A stretch of DNA of 64,000 nucleotides, taken from positions 140,677 to 204,676 of the forward strand of contig JADJHP010000003.1 in the NCBI GenBank assembly GCA_016707525.1. Direction: 5' to 3'. A program made the position numbers and the translations under genes. Of this stretch, positions 51,471-60,811 are shown in pieces. Within the stretch, counting starts at the first letter, position 1, and every line of letters starts with the position of its first letter. This DNA comes from Ignavibacteriota bacterium. GTDB lineage: Bacteria > Bacteroidota > Ignavibacteria > UBA10030 > UBA6906. Under the pieces are notes generated by a model. The model had not been told where the DNA came from. It ran no database searches and saw only the letters and a list, made by a program, of their open reading frames with translations.

Positions 51471-51953
51471 TCAGAGTCTGGACGCCATAGAAAACGCCTG
51501 TCCCGGTGTTCCCCGCGATGATGATCCTGGCAGGGTGATCTGCACAACGTATCCCTCGTCCCCCAGACTGTCCACCACGGAAAGGATCGTCGCCGGAAGC
51601 GCCTTGCGGACCGCTGCGTCGCGCCCGATCCTGCCTATGAGGATCGATCTCGAAGACGCTTTGCGCGTGCCGGACAGCATGACCCCCATGGACGCCCGGA
51701 GTTCATTTCTCAGCATCGATGCCGCGAAGGAATCTTCCGCATCCCCGGCGCGGCCGGGCACGAGAACAACGTCCTTCGTGAAGGTGAAGGACCCATCCTG
51801 CCTGTCAATACTCCGGGGTGTAGGGATCAGTGGGTACGGTCCTGCCGGGGCGTACTCCCCGCGCGGTTGCGCATGCGCAGGGATGCTCTGACCACACACG
51901 ACCGCCGCGGCGGCGAAGCTCAACATCAACACGATGTTTCTGACTGATGGCAT
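51471..51953 (-). CDS. GH20 N-terminal (GH20b) domain with signal peptide (fragment 1 of the same gene)
   Basis: MPSVRNIVLMLSFAAAAVVCGQS signal, PLIPTPRSIDRQDGSFTF, EGYVVQIT. The -1 frame continues PARIIIAGNTGTGVFYGVQTLKQL into the catalytic fragment. The likely site is a GGG at 51533-51535. Confidence 0.75.
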   Translation of the reverse strand: MPSVRNIVLMLSFAAAAVVCGQSIPAHAQPRGEYAPAGPYPLIPTPRSIDRQDGSFTFTKDVVLVPGRAGDAEDSFAASMLRNELRASMGVMLSGTRKASSRSILIGRIGRDAAVRKALPATILSVVDSLGDEGYVVQITLPGSSSRGTPGQAFSMASRL

Positions 51954-52052
51954 AGCCGTTCCCTTATGAAAGGTCATTGGTCGAGAGTGATCGCCGAAAT
52001 GATCGCGGTGCAGCGGCCACACCGTGGCAGCGAGACCGCGGACATCACCCTG

Positions 52053-54563
52053 TTAGTCGATACTCACCGTCTGTTCCGGCACATTCCAGCCGCTGACCGT
52101 GATCCGGGCGTCGCGCGGTATTCGGCCCGTGCCGGCCTCAAGGATCACGCTCTCCGTCGTGCCCGGCACGACCGACACATAATTGTCGCTGTAGAAGACC
52201 GGCAGTATCCGTTTGCCCGTTACCGCGTCGATGAGTGCTACACGCAGGAAGAAGGCGAGCGGGTTGCCCTCCGGATTCTGGATGGACACTTCGATCCGGT
52301 TGTCCGCGATCCTCCGCGCAGAGATCCTGGCGGGTGCCGGAGACATCCGCTGAAGCCCTGTGAAGACGCCATTGGAATCGGGGAACCAGCAGAGATTCCG
52401 GTCCACCCTCTGCTTGTGCAGGTCGAGCAGCACAAGTTCAAGGAATCCCCCTTCGGCGCCGAAGCTCTGTTTGAAGACACGGCGGATGGTGTCGATCCTC
52501 TGCACCATCGACGGCCCGACCTCCACGAACCACTGGAACGCGAGGTCACGTTTCCCCGCAGGTGTGATGGTCCACGCCTGCACCATCAGATCGTGCAGCG
52601 GGCGGAAGGTGTTGTTCACCACCATCAACATGCCGTCCGCGGGATCGCACATGATGTGAACAGGCCGGTTCGCGTGGTGCAAACCGTACAATCCCGCATT
52701 CGGGTCCAGCCACGGATCATACATCTGTCCGCGCATGGCACTCCAGGGGTTCTGCGTCTTCCAGATGATGACCCCTGTGTACCAATCCCACATGTGCGCC
52801 TGGTGCCCTTCCATCAGCGCGCGGTACTGGTCGTAGTTCACGAGCTGTGCCCTGTCCAGATACCCTTTCAGGTCAGCGGGTTTCCCGTATGCGTCGAGAT
52901 TCCTGCCGTACCCCTGGAACTTGTGATACCGCCACACCGAGTCGACGCGACGCGTGGCTTCGTCGGGCATCACCAGGTTCCCCGGCGGGATGAACCGCTC
53001 GAGTGAGGCCATGTCATTGAGGCCGACCGAGCCCGTTTCGGAATTGAAGGGGAATGAACGAAAATCCCAGAAGTGCTTGTTCGACTGGACGGAGTAGGGG
53101 CCGTCGCCGTTCCCGCCGAGCGCATTCAACGACATGCTGTCAGCGTTGGAATAGGTGAAGAAATATCGCGTACCATCGAGTGACGGCAGGATCGTGTCCT
53201 GCACTGCGGCGAGGATATCCTGCGGGGGCGGGATCTCATTGCCACCACAGTAGAAGGCAAGCGATGGATGGTTCCTCAGCATGCGGACCTGATCTGCCAC
53301 CGAGCGGATGAAGAGCGCGTGATCATCCGGATAGCCACGGCGCGTCCACTGGTCCTCTTTCTTCATGGGATCGAGCCATTTGCCGTTGCAGTCTCCCGAC
53401 ATCCAGAGATCCTGCATGACCAGGATCCCGTAGCGGTCACATGCTTCGTAGAACTCCGGCCGTTCGGTGAGTCCTCCGCCCCAGATCCGTATCAGGTTGA
53501 GGTTCATGTCGCGATGGAATCTGATCTCGGCATCATAGCGCGTGACGGACAGGCGCAGCATGGCATCGGAGACGATCCAGTTCCCTCCCCTCGCGAAGAT
53601 CCGCTGCCCGTTCACTCGTACCTCGCGGCTCCGCGTCTCCGTGTTCCATATCGCGGTGACCTCGCGAATGCCGGTGGTGACCGTCATCGCATCAAGGATC
53701 TCACCCCCATCACGGGAGAATGCAATATCAACGGGTGTGAGCGTCTGCGGGCCGTAACCGCTCGGCCACCAGAGCCCGGGCTCCTGCACCGTGACATCAG
53801 GAAGACGGACCGTCCGCGACGTTTTCGCTGGAATGGCGACTTCCGTGCTGACGGTCTTTCCCGCCACAGTGCACCGGACGGTCCCGCTGACCGTCTCCGG
53901 GGTGGGGTTCTCGACGTCCACCGTGGTACGCAGCGTCGCCGGCGCCTGCGGCCCCTCGGGGAATCGTACACCCGGCACGACGGTCAGAATATGTGGATCC
54001 TTGAGCAGAATGGCGCCGGTCTCTTCAAAGGTGACGATGTCCCAGATCCCGGTATTCCTATCGCGTATCGGCTGGATCCAATCCCAGCCTGCGGTATACT
54101 GACTGGCAACATTCCTTCCGATCGTTCCGTCACCCCCCTGCCCACCGTTGGGATCGCCCGGGGTACCGGCCGGGTACACGATCACGGCCAACCGGTTGTT
54201 GCCGTCGGCGGAGAGCAGAGTCGTGACATTGTACGACTGGCGGAGGAACATGCCGGTATGGGTACGCGCGGTGAGCCGGTGGCCATTCAGGAAGATATCG
54301 CATCCGTAGTTGACACCGCGCAGGCGCAGCCATGCCTGCCTGTTCCCCTGCGGGGGCGTACTCCGGAGATCCTTCACGAACCAGTAGGTATAGGTCTCGC
54401 GTCCGGCATGATAGATATCCGGAATGCTGGCATTGTTCATCCCATAGAAGGGATCAGGAACGAGTCCGTTCTTCAGCAACGTGGTCAGCACCGTTCCGGG
54501 AACAGTGGCAGGCATCCAACCGGCGAGCGGGTACGCTGAGAGGGACAGGGCCTCTCCCTGCAC
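52053..54563 (-). CDS. GH2-family beta-mannosidase-like glycosidase (signal peptide in another frame upstream, 54564-54742)
   Basis: WMPATVPGTV..DPFYGMNN N-terminus; NLIRIWGGG; AFYCGGNE. GTG start of the listed ORF. The 85-aa ORF 54485..54742 encodes MRSSMICRMLFWCAAMMAALGLQA in another frame. Confidence 0.8.
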   Translation of the reverse strand: MQGEALSLSAYPLAGWMPATVPGTVLTTLLKNGLVPDPFYGMNNASIPDIYHAGRETYTYWFVKDLRSTPPQGNRQAWLRLRGVNYGCDIFLNGHRLTARTHTGMFLRQSYNVTTLLSADGNNRLAVIVYPAGTPGDPNGGQGGDGTIGRNVASQYTAGWDWIQPIRDRNTGIWDIVTFEETGAILLKDPHILTVVPGVRFPEGPQAPATLRTTVDVENPTPETVSGTVRCTVAGKTVSTEVAIPAKTSRTVRLPDVTVQEPGLWWPSGYGPQTLTPVDIAFSRDGGEILDAMTVTTGIREVTAIWNTETRSREVRVNGQRIFARGGNWIVSDAMLRLSVTRYDAEIRFHRDMNLNLIRIWGGGLTERPEFYEACDRYGILVMQDLWMSGDCNGKWLDPMKKEDQWTRRGYPDDHALFIRSVADQVRMLRNHPSLAFYCGGNEIPPPQDILAAVQDTILPSLDGTRYFFTYSNADSMSLNALGGNGDGPYSVQSNKHFWDFRSFPFNSETGSVGLNDMASLERFIPPGNLVMPDEATRRVDSVWRYHKFQGYGRNLDAYGKPADLKGYLDRAQLVNYDQYRALMEGHQAHMWDWYTGVIIWKTQNPWSAMRGQMYDPWLDPNAGLYGLHHANRPVHIMCDPADGMLMVVNNTFRPLHDLMVQAWTITPAGKRDLAFQWFVEVGPSMVQRIDTIRRVFKQSFGAEGGFLELVLLDLHKQRVDRNLCWFPDSNGVFTGLQRMSPAPARISARRIADNRIEVSIQNPEGNPLAFFLRVALIDAVTGKRILPVFYSDNYVSVVPGTTESVILEAGTGRIPRDARITVSGWNVPEQTVSID

Positions 54564-54738
54564 GGGAACATCCCGCGCGATCTTGCAGACCCATCACGAG
54601 TCGAGCATGGTGAGTACGATGCACAGGTCCCTGTGCGATCCGCCCGAACAGTGCGTTCAGAGGGTCCGCACGCCTGCAGGCCGAGCGCCGCCATCATGGC
54701 CGCGCACCAGAAGAGCATCCTGCATATCATGGACGACC

Positions 54739-56538
54739 TCACAGAGTGGCAAGGAACCGGAGGAGATCGGTGTATTCGTTGTACAACTTCTGGTTGAGAG
54801 AGCTCAGCACGCCGAGTTCACCCCGGGACCTGACACGGGAAGCGTAGACCGAAAAGAGTTCGCGCACAGGGGACTGGTCCAGACCTTCGCGCGCCGTGCG
54901 AACATCACCGGCCAATGGCGCTGTCAGGTGCCCGTCGTTCGAACGCAGCCGCTTCCGTAGCCGATAGGCGGGCTCGAGCTTTCTGCCCACGTCGTCGAGG
55001 AGGAGCATGAAGCGGCAATCGGCGATGTACCACTCCAGCGTACTGCGATGCTGCGGATCCGGGGTTCTCCGGGCGACATCCCGTAGCTTGTCGATGAGCG
55101 TGTGGAGCCGCCCGCGGCCCATGCTATCCAGGCGTCCCCACATCGGCGTATAGGCATAGTACTCCGGCGAAGAAGCCGTGCGGAACCATCCGTCTTCATC
55201 GGCCGCAGTGAAGATCCCGGAGAGTTCCTTCGATGCGAGGGGTCCGCAATTCCTGAGGAGATACTCCCTGTACACGTCCGCCACCGAAGCGGTATCGGCA
55301 GGGTCGCTCGCATAACGCGCGAACGCTTCGAAGGTGGCCCGTGTCTCTTCCGTCCGCCAATGGATCGCGATCACGCCGTCATGGTGCTGGGTTCGCGCCT
55401 GTTTCACCTGATCGCGCATGATGCTCACGCGGGGCTGCGCGTGCCACAACTGATGATCCCCTTCCAGCCAGGGAATGCTCCAGAATTTCCGGTGCGCGGC
55501 GATCGCGGTGATGAATGCAGGCTGGGGATAATCCCCCATGCCGGGGTTGAGGCAGGAGAAGATCACATCGGTAGGGAGCGCGCGATCCAATCCACGGAGA
55601 ATGACCGGCAACTGATTGCTTCCTCCCCAGCCACCGATGATCATGCGCTTGCCGGGTGCTACACGGCGGAGGTGTTCATACGCGCGGCGGAGATACTCGA
55701 GAGTCCAGATGCCGGTGACCTGTTGTCTGGCATCGACGCCGGGGCCGGAAAAGAGTGCGGCATCGCGGTCAAAGAGCGCCTTGAATGCCGGATCACGCAG
55801 GGCCTTCTCCGGATCGAGCCCGAAGAACGAGTGTTCGTTCAGCCAGAGCCAGACATAGTCGACGTCGGGATATGCTGCGATGATATCATCGATCGTGGCG
55901 AACAGGATCTCGACGGATTGATAGTGTGCGGGGTTCGGGATCATGGATCCCGTCCCCTCCCAGAAGGACCCTTCCTCCATGATGGAGAAATATTCAGGGG
56001 GGTGGACCCCGAACTCGAATCCCATCGCGGTCTGCATGCCGCGGGCATGCGCCATCGCCATCACCTGACGCATGAGGTCCTGCGCCCGGCGGTAACGGTC
56101 CTCATTCGTAGAGGCCTGCACCGCGCAGTCCGCCCCGAACGCACCGGTGTCGCCCGGAAAGAACCTCGACGTCCCGTAGGCGAAATCCCGGACACGCCGT
56201 GGAGCATACCCCCACCGCGCGGTGAGCGAATTGTCAAAGAACGCCTCCGGAAGGACAGTCTTGTAGGCGATCCGTATCATCGGCTCGACATACGTCGCAT
56301 AGCGCTGGGACCCACCGGTATAATTGTGGAACCCGATGAAATTGATTTTTCCGGCCACACACTGATCCAGATATCGGGTGTAATCTTCAAGGTTCCACGA
56401 CGTGGGGCCTGAGAGGAAATTGTGCCACGGAAGGACACCGCGGATCTCAAAGGGATCCTGCGTGACCTGGGCATGGAGCCCCGGGAGGGCCAGAAGGATG
56501 GCCCCACAGAGAAGGCGTACACATCGCGATGGATTCAT
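54739..56538 (-). CDS. secreted putative glycoside hydrolase (TIM-barrel-like; family not assigned)
   Basis: Signal MNPSRCVRLLCGAILLALPGLHAQ (start re-picked at 56538). Stop overlaps the GH2 start. Motifs DVDYVWLWLNEHSFFG and MIIGGWGGSN. Family is a guess. Confidence 0.6.
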   Translation of the reverse strand: MNPSRCVRLLCGAILLALPGLHAQVTQDPFEIRGVLPWHNFLSGPTSWNLEDYTRYLDQCVAGKINFIGFHNYTGGSQRYATYVEPMIRIAYKTVLPEAFFDNSLTARWGYAPRRVRDFAYGTSRFFPGDTGAFGADCAVQASTNEDRYRRAQDLMRQVMAMAHARGMQTAMGFEFGVHPPEYFSIMEEGSFWEGTGSMIPNPAHYQSVEILFATIDDIIAAYPDVDYVWLWLNEHSFFGLDPEKALRDPAFKALFDRDAALFSGPGVDARQQVTGIWTLEYLRRAYEHLRRVAPGKRMIIGGWGGSNQLPVILRGLDRALPTDVIFSCLNPGMGDYPQPAFITAIAAHRKFWSIPWLEGDHQLWHAQPRVSIMRDQVKQARTQHHDGVIAIHWRTEETRATFEAFARYASDPADTASVADVYREYLLRNCGPLASKELSGIFTAADEDGWFRTASSPEYYAYTPMWGRLDSMGRGRLHTLIDKLRDVARRTPDPQHRSTLEWYIADCRFMLLLDDVGRKLEPAYRLRKRLRSNDGHLTAPLAGDVRTAREGLDQSPVRELFSVYASRVRSRGELGVLSSLNQKLYNEYTDLLRFLATL

Positions 56539-56668
56539 GCGGGTTGGCAGTCGTGATACGAAGGTCTTCCCGGGCCCGCTGATCGGGGCCCGCGTCCGAG
56601 ACAATTAACGCCGAAGAAAACGAACAAGCAAGTTCCCCGCTTGCTACAGGCGATGGGCTTTGTACCAC

Positions 56669-56698
56669 GTGGGAGGATGATCTCCATCATCCTCCCAC
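56669..56698. other. perfect 13-bp stem hairpin (GTGGGAGGATGAT-CTCC-ATCATCCTCCCAC) in the intergenic region
   Basis: Seen in sequence; no flanking U-run. Confidence 0.4.
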
Positions 56699-56814
56699 CC
56701 GTCCATGACGTGCGATCGTGAGCGGCTCAGTTCATCAGCACAGAGAACGGATCCTCGAAGTAGGTTGTCGCTGCTCGAGGAAGGCCGGCAGCCCCCGCCT
56801 TGACGTGGAAATGC

Positions 56815-56840
56815 GACCGGCGGCCCATGGGCCGCCGGTC
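56815..56840. terminator. hairpin GACCGGCGGCCC-ATG-GGCCGCCGGTC then CTGTTTTC, 27 bp past the minus-strand regulator stop
   Basis: 12-bp perfect stem; the T-run is on the plus-strand side. Confidence 0.45.
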
Positions 56841-56866
56841 CTGTTTTCAGGGGTCGGGAGGGTGTC

Positions 56867-57259
56867 TCAGGGACGCGCGGCCAGCGCCGCGGCAAGTGTC
56901 TCGCGCAATTCATCCTCGGTGAAGGGCTTGAGCAGGAAGCCCTCCGGCGCAACCGTCAGGGCGCGCTGGCGGGTCGACTCATCGGTGTTCGCGGTGAGGA
57001 AGATGATGCGGGTGGGGCCGAGCGCCCGCACACGTTTCGCCGTCTCGATCCCGTCGATCTTCCCTGCCAGAATGATATCGATCAGCATCAGGTCGGGCAT
57101 CGTAGCGCGTGCTGCCTCGCACGCCTCCTCCCCCTTGCGGAAGACACCCAGCACCCTGTGACCGAGCATGGAAAGGCGGACCCGGAGTTCATAAGCGATG
57201 ATCGTTTCATCCTCCACAAGGATGATCTGCGCCGGCAGTATGGGGTTGTCAGAGCTCAC
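56867..57259 (-). CDS. single-domain response regulator (CheY-like)
   Basis: IILVEDETIIAYEL..MLIDIILAGKIDG; 4-bp overlap with the upstream kinase. Confidence 0.85.
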   Translation of the reverse strand: MSSDNPILPAQIILVEDETIIAYELRVRLSMLGHRVLGVFRKGEEACEAARATMPDLMLIDIILAGKIDGIETAKRVRALGPTRIIFLTANTDESTRQRALTVAPEGFLLKPFTEDELRETLAAALAARP

Positions 57260-59022
57260 GAGGTGGCCTCCCCTTCGCCTGCCACGCGGGACAACGGGAA
57301 CGTGATCGCAACCTGCGATCCGTGGCTACGGTCCACGGTGATCGTCCCTTCGAGCTGTTCGGTCAGGCCCTTGATCAACATGACACCCAGCGTCTCACCC
57401 CCGCTGAAATCCACATGGGCCGGATAGCCGACCCCGTCATCCTTCACGGTAAGATGCATGATCCCGTCCTCGCTTGTTCCCTCGATATCAATGTGGCCTC
57501 CGCGTCCATCAGGGAATGCATGCTTGATGGCGTTGGTAACGAGCTCTGTGATGAGAAGTCCGCACGGGATCGCGATATCCACGCCGAACCGGATATCGTC
57601 GACCCTGGTCCGCAACTCGATACCCGGCCGGCTGTACGATGCCAGTAGTTCGTCGGCGATCGTCTGCACATAGTCCGAGAACTCGATGGATGACAGGTCT
57701 TCCGAGCGGTAGAGCCGTTCGTGGACCATCGCCATGGACTTGACGCGGAGCTGGCTTTCGCGGAACAGATCGACGTCATACGCATCGCGCACGTAGGAAC
57801 TCTGCAGGAACAGCAGGCTCGAGATGATCTGCATGTTGTTCTTCACGCGGTGATGCACTTCCTTCAGCAGGATATCCTTTTCCCGGAGCGAGGTACGCAG
57901 GGTGTCTTCCCCCCGTTTACGATCCGTGATATCCAGATTGATCCCGACAATGGTGGACGGATGGCCGTCGGCACCGAACATGGCCCGGCCATAGGCTGCG
58001 AACCACACGATCTGGTCGGCCCCGAGCCGGGCACGAAACTCGATGTTGATGGGCGTGCCTGTCCGTGCCGCATCGCGGAAGGTCCCGACGACCCGTACGC
58101 GGTCGTCGGGGTGCAGATGAGCGACCAGGAAATCCCGCTCCGCGGTGGCAAGCCCCAGAGCATGCAGGTGCTCCTCGGAGACGACGATCGCGCCGGTGGC
58201 AACATCCATCCTCCAGGGGAACATTCTGGCGGCGGTCATTGCCAGTTGCAGGTGCCCCTGATTGACGTGCAGTTCGGCGTTCGCGGCGGCCAACTCGTTG
58301 GTCCGCTCTTCCACCCGCCGTTCCAATTCATCGTGAGCGCTCTGGAGCTCCCGCTGGGTATCAAGGAGTGTGGCATTGCTCTTCCCGAGCGACGCATTCA
58401 TCAATGCCAGATCGACGGCCTGCATCCGCACCGTCGCCGCCTGTCGCTCGGCCTCCACCCGGGAACGATCGAGCTCACCTGCCTGCCGGATCAGCAACCG
58501 CGTTCCGAGCAGGCCGACCAAGAGGACAACGAGGCTCACCACGATCGATGTCATCTGCGCGGATTTGATCTCCTGTTCCACACTTTCGAGGGAATACAGG
58601 AGGATCACGGAGCCAAGCCGTTTGCCGGCGGGGATCACCTCGGTGACGTTCACAAGGCCGGACTTCGTGCGCATCATCCCGGGTGAGAGTTTCTTCAATT
58701 CCTCGATCGACAGCTCAGGGGAGGCCGAACTCTGGTAGAGCACATCATTTTTCTCATCCAGGATGCAGATGTATGCCACATTCCGGTCGAGCGTGGACCA
58801 GTCGAAGGCCTTCTGCACGAGCGTAAAATCCCCATCGTTCAACCCCGACCCCACCGACGTGGCGAACATATCGCTCACGATCCCCAGATGGCGACGGGCG
58901 TTGCGTTCCCCTGCGACCCGCTGGATATAGGAGAGATACCAGAACGAAAAGAGCGTGGCCACGATCCAGGGGATCACGAACGTCAGGATCACGCGTGTTC
59001 GATACGAGATGCGAACACTCAT
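57256..59022 (-). CDS. membrane sensor histidine kinase, HisKA_2/HWE type (TM, periplasmic domain, TM, coiled coil, PAS, kinase)
   Basis: LKEVHHRVKNNMQIISSLLFLQ..HERLY H-box; two TM helices flanking a periplasmic domain of about 140 aa. Confidence 0.85.
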   Translation of the reverse strand: MSVRISYRTRVILTFVIPWIVATLFSFWYLSYIQRVAGERNARRHLGIVSDMFATSVGSGLNDGDFTLVQKAFDWSTLDRNVAYICILDEKNDVLYQSSASPELSIEELKKLSPGMMRTKSGLVNVTEVIPAGKRLGSVILLYSLESVEQEIKSAQMTSIVVSLVVLLVGLLGTRLLIRQAGELDRSRVEAERQAATVRMQAVDLALMNASLGKSNATLLDTQRELQSAHDELERRVEERTNELAAANAELHVNQGHLQLAMTAARMFPWRMDVATGAIVVSEEHLHALGLATAERDFLVAHLHPDDRVRVVGTFRDAARTGTPINIEFRARLGADQIVWFAAYGRAMFGADGHPSTIVGINLDITDRKRGEDTLRTSLREKDILLKEVHHRVKNNMQIISSLLFLQSSYVRDAYDVDLFRESQLRVKSMAMVHERLYRSEDLSSIEFSDYVQTIADELLASYSRPGIELRTRVDDIRFGVDIAIPCGLLITELVTNAIKHAFPDGRGGHIDIEGTSEDGIMHLTVKDDGVGYPAHVDFSGGETLGVMLIKGLTEQLEGTITVDRSHGSQVAITFPLSRVAGEGEATS

Positions 59023-59049
59023 CGATGATATCCCGGAAGGGTCACGACT

Positions 59050-59466
59050 TCACTCTATGACGAGAAGGATCTTGACGTTCCCCTGGACCTTGTCCCGCGC
59101 AACGAACCCCACGGCCCCCGGAGTGGCTGCAACCCGCCGGGCCATGTCCTCCTGTGCGGCGATCATCTCCGGCGGGCGGGCGTGCCCGGAAAGTTGAGCC
59201 CTCAGCCAGGCCTTCCGCATTTCCAGCGGACTCCTGCGGAGGAGGTCGAAGAATTTTTTCTCCTCAGCAGGGTGCTCCCGGAGACACATCAACGCCACGG
59301 CCTGTCCATCACTCCATGCACGGACATTCAGCATGTAGAGATCGAGCACCTGGGCAGCGGTCAGGGACATTTCCGGGACCGACCGGTTGGCGATCACGGC
59401 AACCTGCGCATCCGCGAGCGCGGCGGAGAGCAGGACAAGGACGAATGCGATGCTGATGGGTTTCAT
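59050..59466 (-). CDS. small periplasmic PBP-like (phosphate-binding-protein-fold fragment) protein
   Basis: Signal MKPISIAFVLVLLSAALADAQ; VAVIANRSVP..GAVGFVARD resembles a periplasmic binding fold. Confidence 0.55.
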   Translation of the reverse strand: MKPISIAFVLVLLSAALADAQVAVIANRSVPEMSLTAAQVLDLYMLNVRAWSDGQAVALMCLREHPAEEKKFFDLLRRSPLEMRKAWLRAQLSGHARPPEMIAAQEDMARRVAATPGAVGFVARDKVQGNVKILLVIE

Positions 59467-59487
59467 GGGTCGGGTTCCTTGCGCGCG

Positions 59488-60627
59488 TTAGAACATCACG
59501 CTGACTCCGGCCTGGATCCGGTCGGAGAGGTAAGAACTCAAACCCTGGAACTCGTTACTGATGTGAAGATATTGGAGTTTCAGGACGACGTTGTCGATCG
59601 GTCGATATCCCCCTCCGGCCATCGTACCGCGGGTGACGGACGCCTTGTGCGACTCGAGGTATTCCATCCCACCATACACGTAGAAACTCTCGGAAATATC
59701 ATACGCCAGGACCCCGTACACGAACAGATTCGACGGCTCCCGTCCGAGGCGGGGGTCCATCCTCGAGACGGCGGCATACACCTGCGCTTGATGATCGTCC
59801 AGGTACTCTTTGGTCGAGATGAACTCGGACTCCAGTGAGAGCGGCCCGAGCAGATAGGAAAGGTCGCCACCGATGCGCAGCCTATGGACAGGACCGACGC
59901 CGATACTCTGCCTGTCCGCTTTGTCGGAGGTCATGGAGAATCCGGCCTTCAGCCGGCCCGTGCGCACACCCACTCGTCCGCCCACCAACTTGAACGTCGT
60001 CGTATCCGTCCCACCAATGCTGTACTGTTGCCCGTCCTGTCCGCTGCTGACAAAGTTCGGATCCCCGTTGCCGGCATACACCGCATAGTCCAACCGGAGT
60101 TCATCAAGATGGAGCGCTCCCTCGATCTGGAGGAATGCCGAGCCCGGGATGTAATCATCGATACTCCCCACCCCTTCCGCCGCAGCCTCGTACACGAAAG
60201 GCCGCGTGATGTAGGGAAGGATCGGAGTCCTGTTCTTGATCTCATTCAGGTTGTTGAACACCGGCACAAGGAGTCCGGCTTTGATGCTGAACTCCTCCGA
60301 GGTCTGGTACCGCAACCATGCTTCTTCAAGCCGGAACGTCCCCCATTTCCGGGTGCTCGCATACGTGTTCGTGAACTCCAGATCAACAAATGCTGCGAAA
60401 CGGGAGTTGAACTGCTTCCGGAAAAAGATGTTCGCCTGCTGGAGAATGAACGTATTGCGCGTCCCGGAGGTTGTGGACCGTCCCCTGATCGACGTTTGTT
60501 CACTGGAATGATCGAACACAGACTGGAAATAACCAAAAACGTCGAGGGCATCCGTCGTGGACTGTCCACGCGTGATACCCGGGAGGAAAGCGAGGAAGCA
60601 GAGGACGATGGTGACGCGAACCGGCAT
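59488..60627 (-). CDS. outer-membrane porin-like beta-barrel (phosphate-selective porin O/P-like)
   Basis: Signal MPVRVTIVLCFLAFLPGITRGQS (start re-picked at ATG 60627); amphipathic beta strands; ends VSVMF. Confidence 0.7.
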   Translation of the reverse strand: MPVRVTIVLCFLAFLPGITRGQSTTDALDVFGYFQSVFDHSSEQTSIRGRSTTSGTRNTFILQQANIFFRKQFNSRFAAFVDLEFTNTYASTRKWGTFRLEEAWLRYQTSEEFSIKAGLLVPVFNNLNEIKNRTPILPYITRPFVYEAAAEGVGSIDDYIPGSAFLQIEGALHLDELRLDYAVYAGNGDPNFVSSGQDGQQYSIGGTDTTTFKLVGGRVGVRTGRLKAGFSMTSDKADRQSIGVGPVHRLRIGGDLSYLLGPLSLESEFISTKEYLDDHQAQVYAAVSRMDPRLGREPSNLFVYGVLAYDISESFYVYGGMEYLESHKASVTRGTMAGGGYRPIDNVVLKLQYLHISNEFQGLSSYLSDRIQAGVSVMF

Positions 60628-60811
60628 GGTCCCTCCAGATCGACACCAAGACATTCGAGATTGGACGTGCCTGGCATGGCAAACGCCTGCAGTTACACGT
60701 ATGGAGTATACGGAAAGCAATTCGCGGAGGCAAGGGACCCCGCCGCACAGAACACGATCCTCCGGCGGGCCAACCAACCCGCGCGGAGGATCCAGAGGAG
60801 CACGAAGAGAC

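Noticed and set aside
50554-51891. Plus-strand ORFs opposite the glycosidase genes (also 53268..54539, 55102..56412, 52360..52659)
   Set aside because: Antisense to conserved GH20/GH2 coding frames; no motifs.
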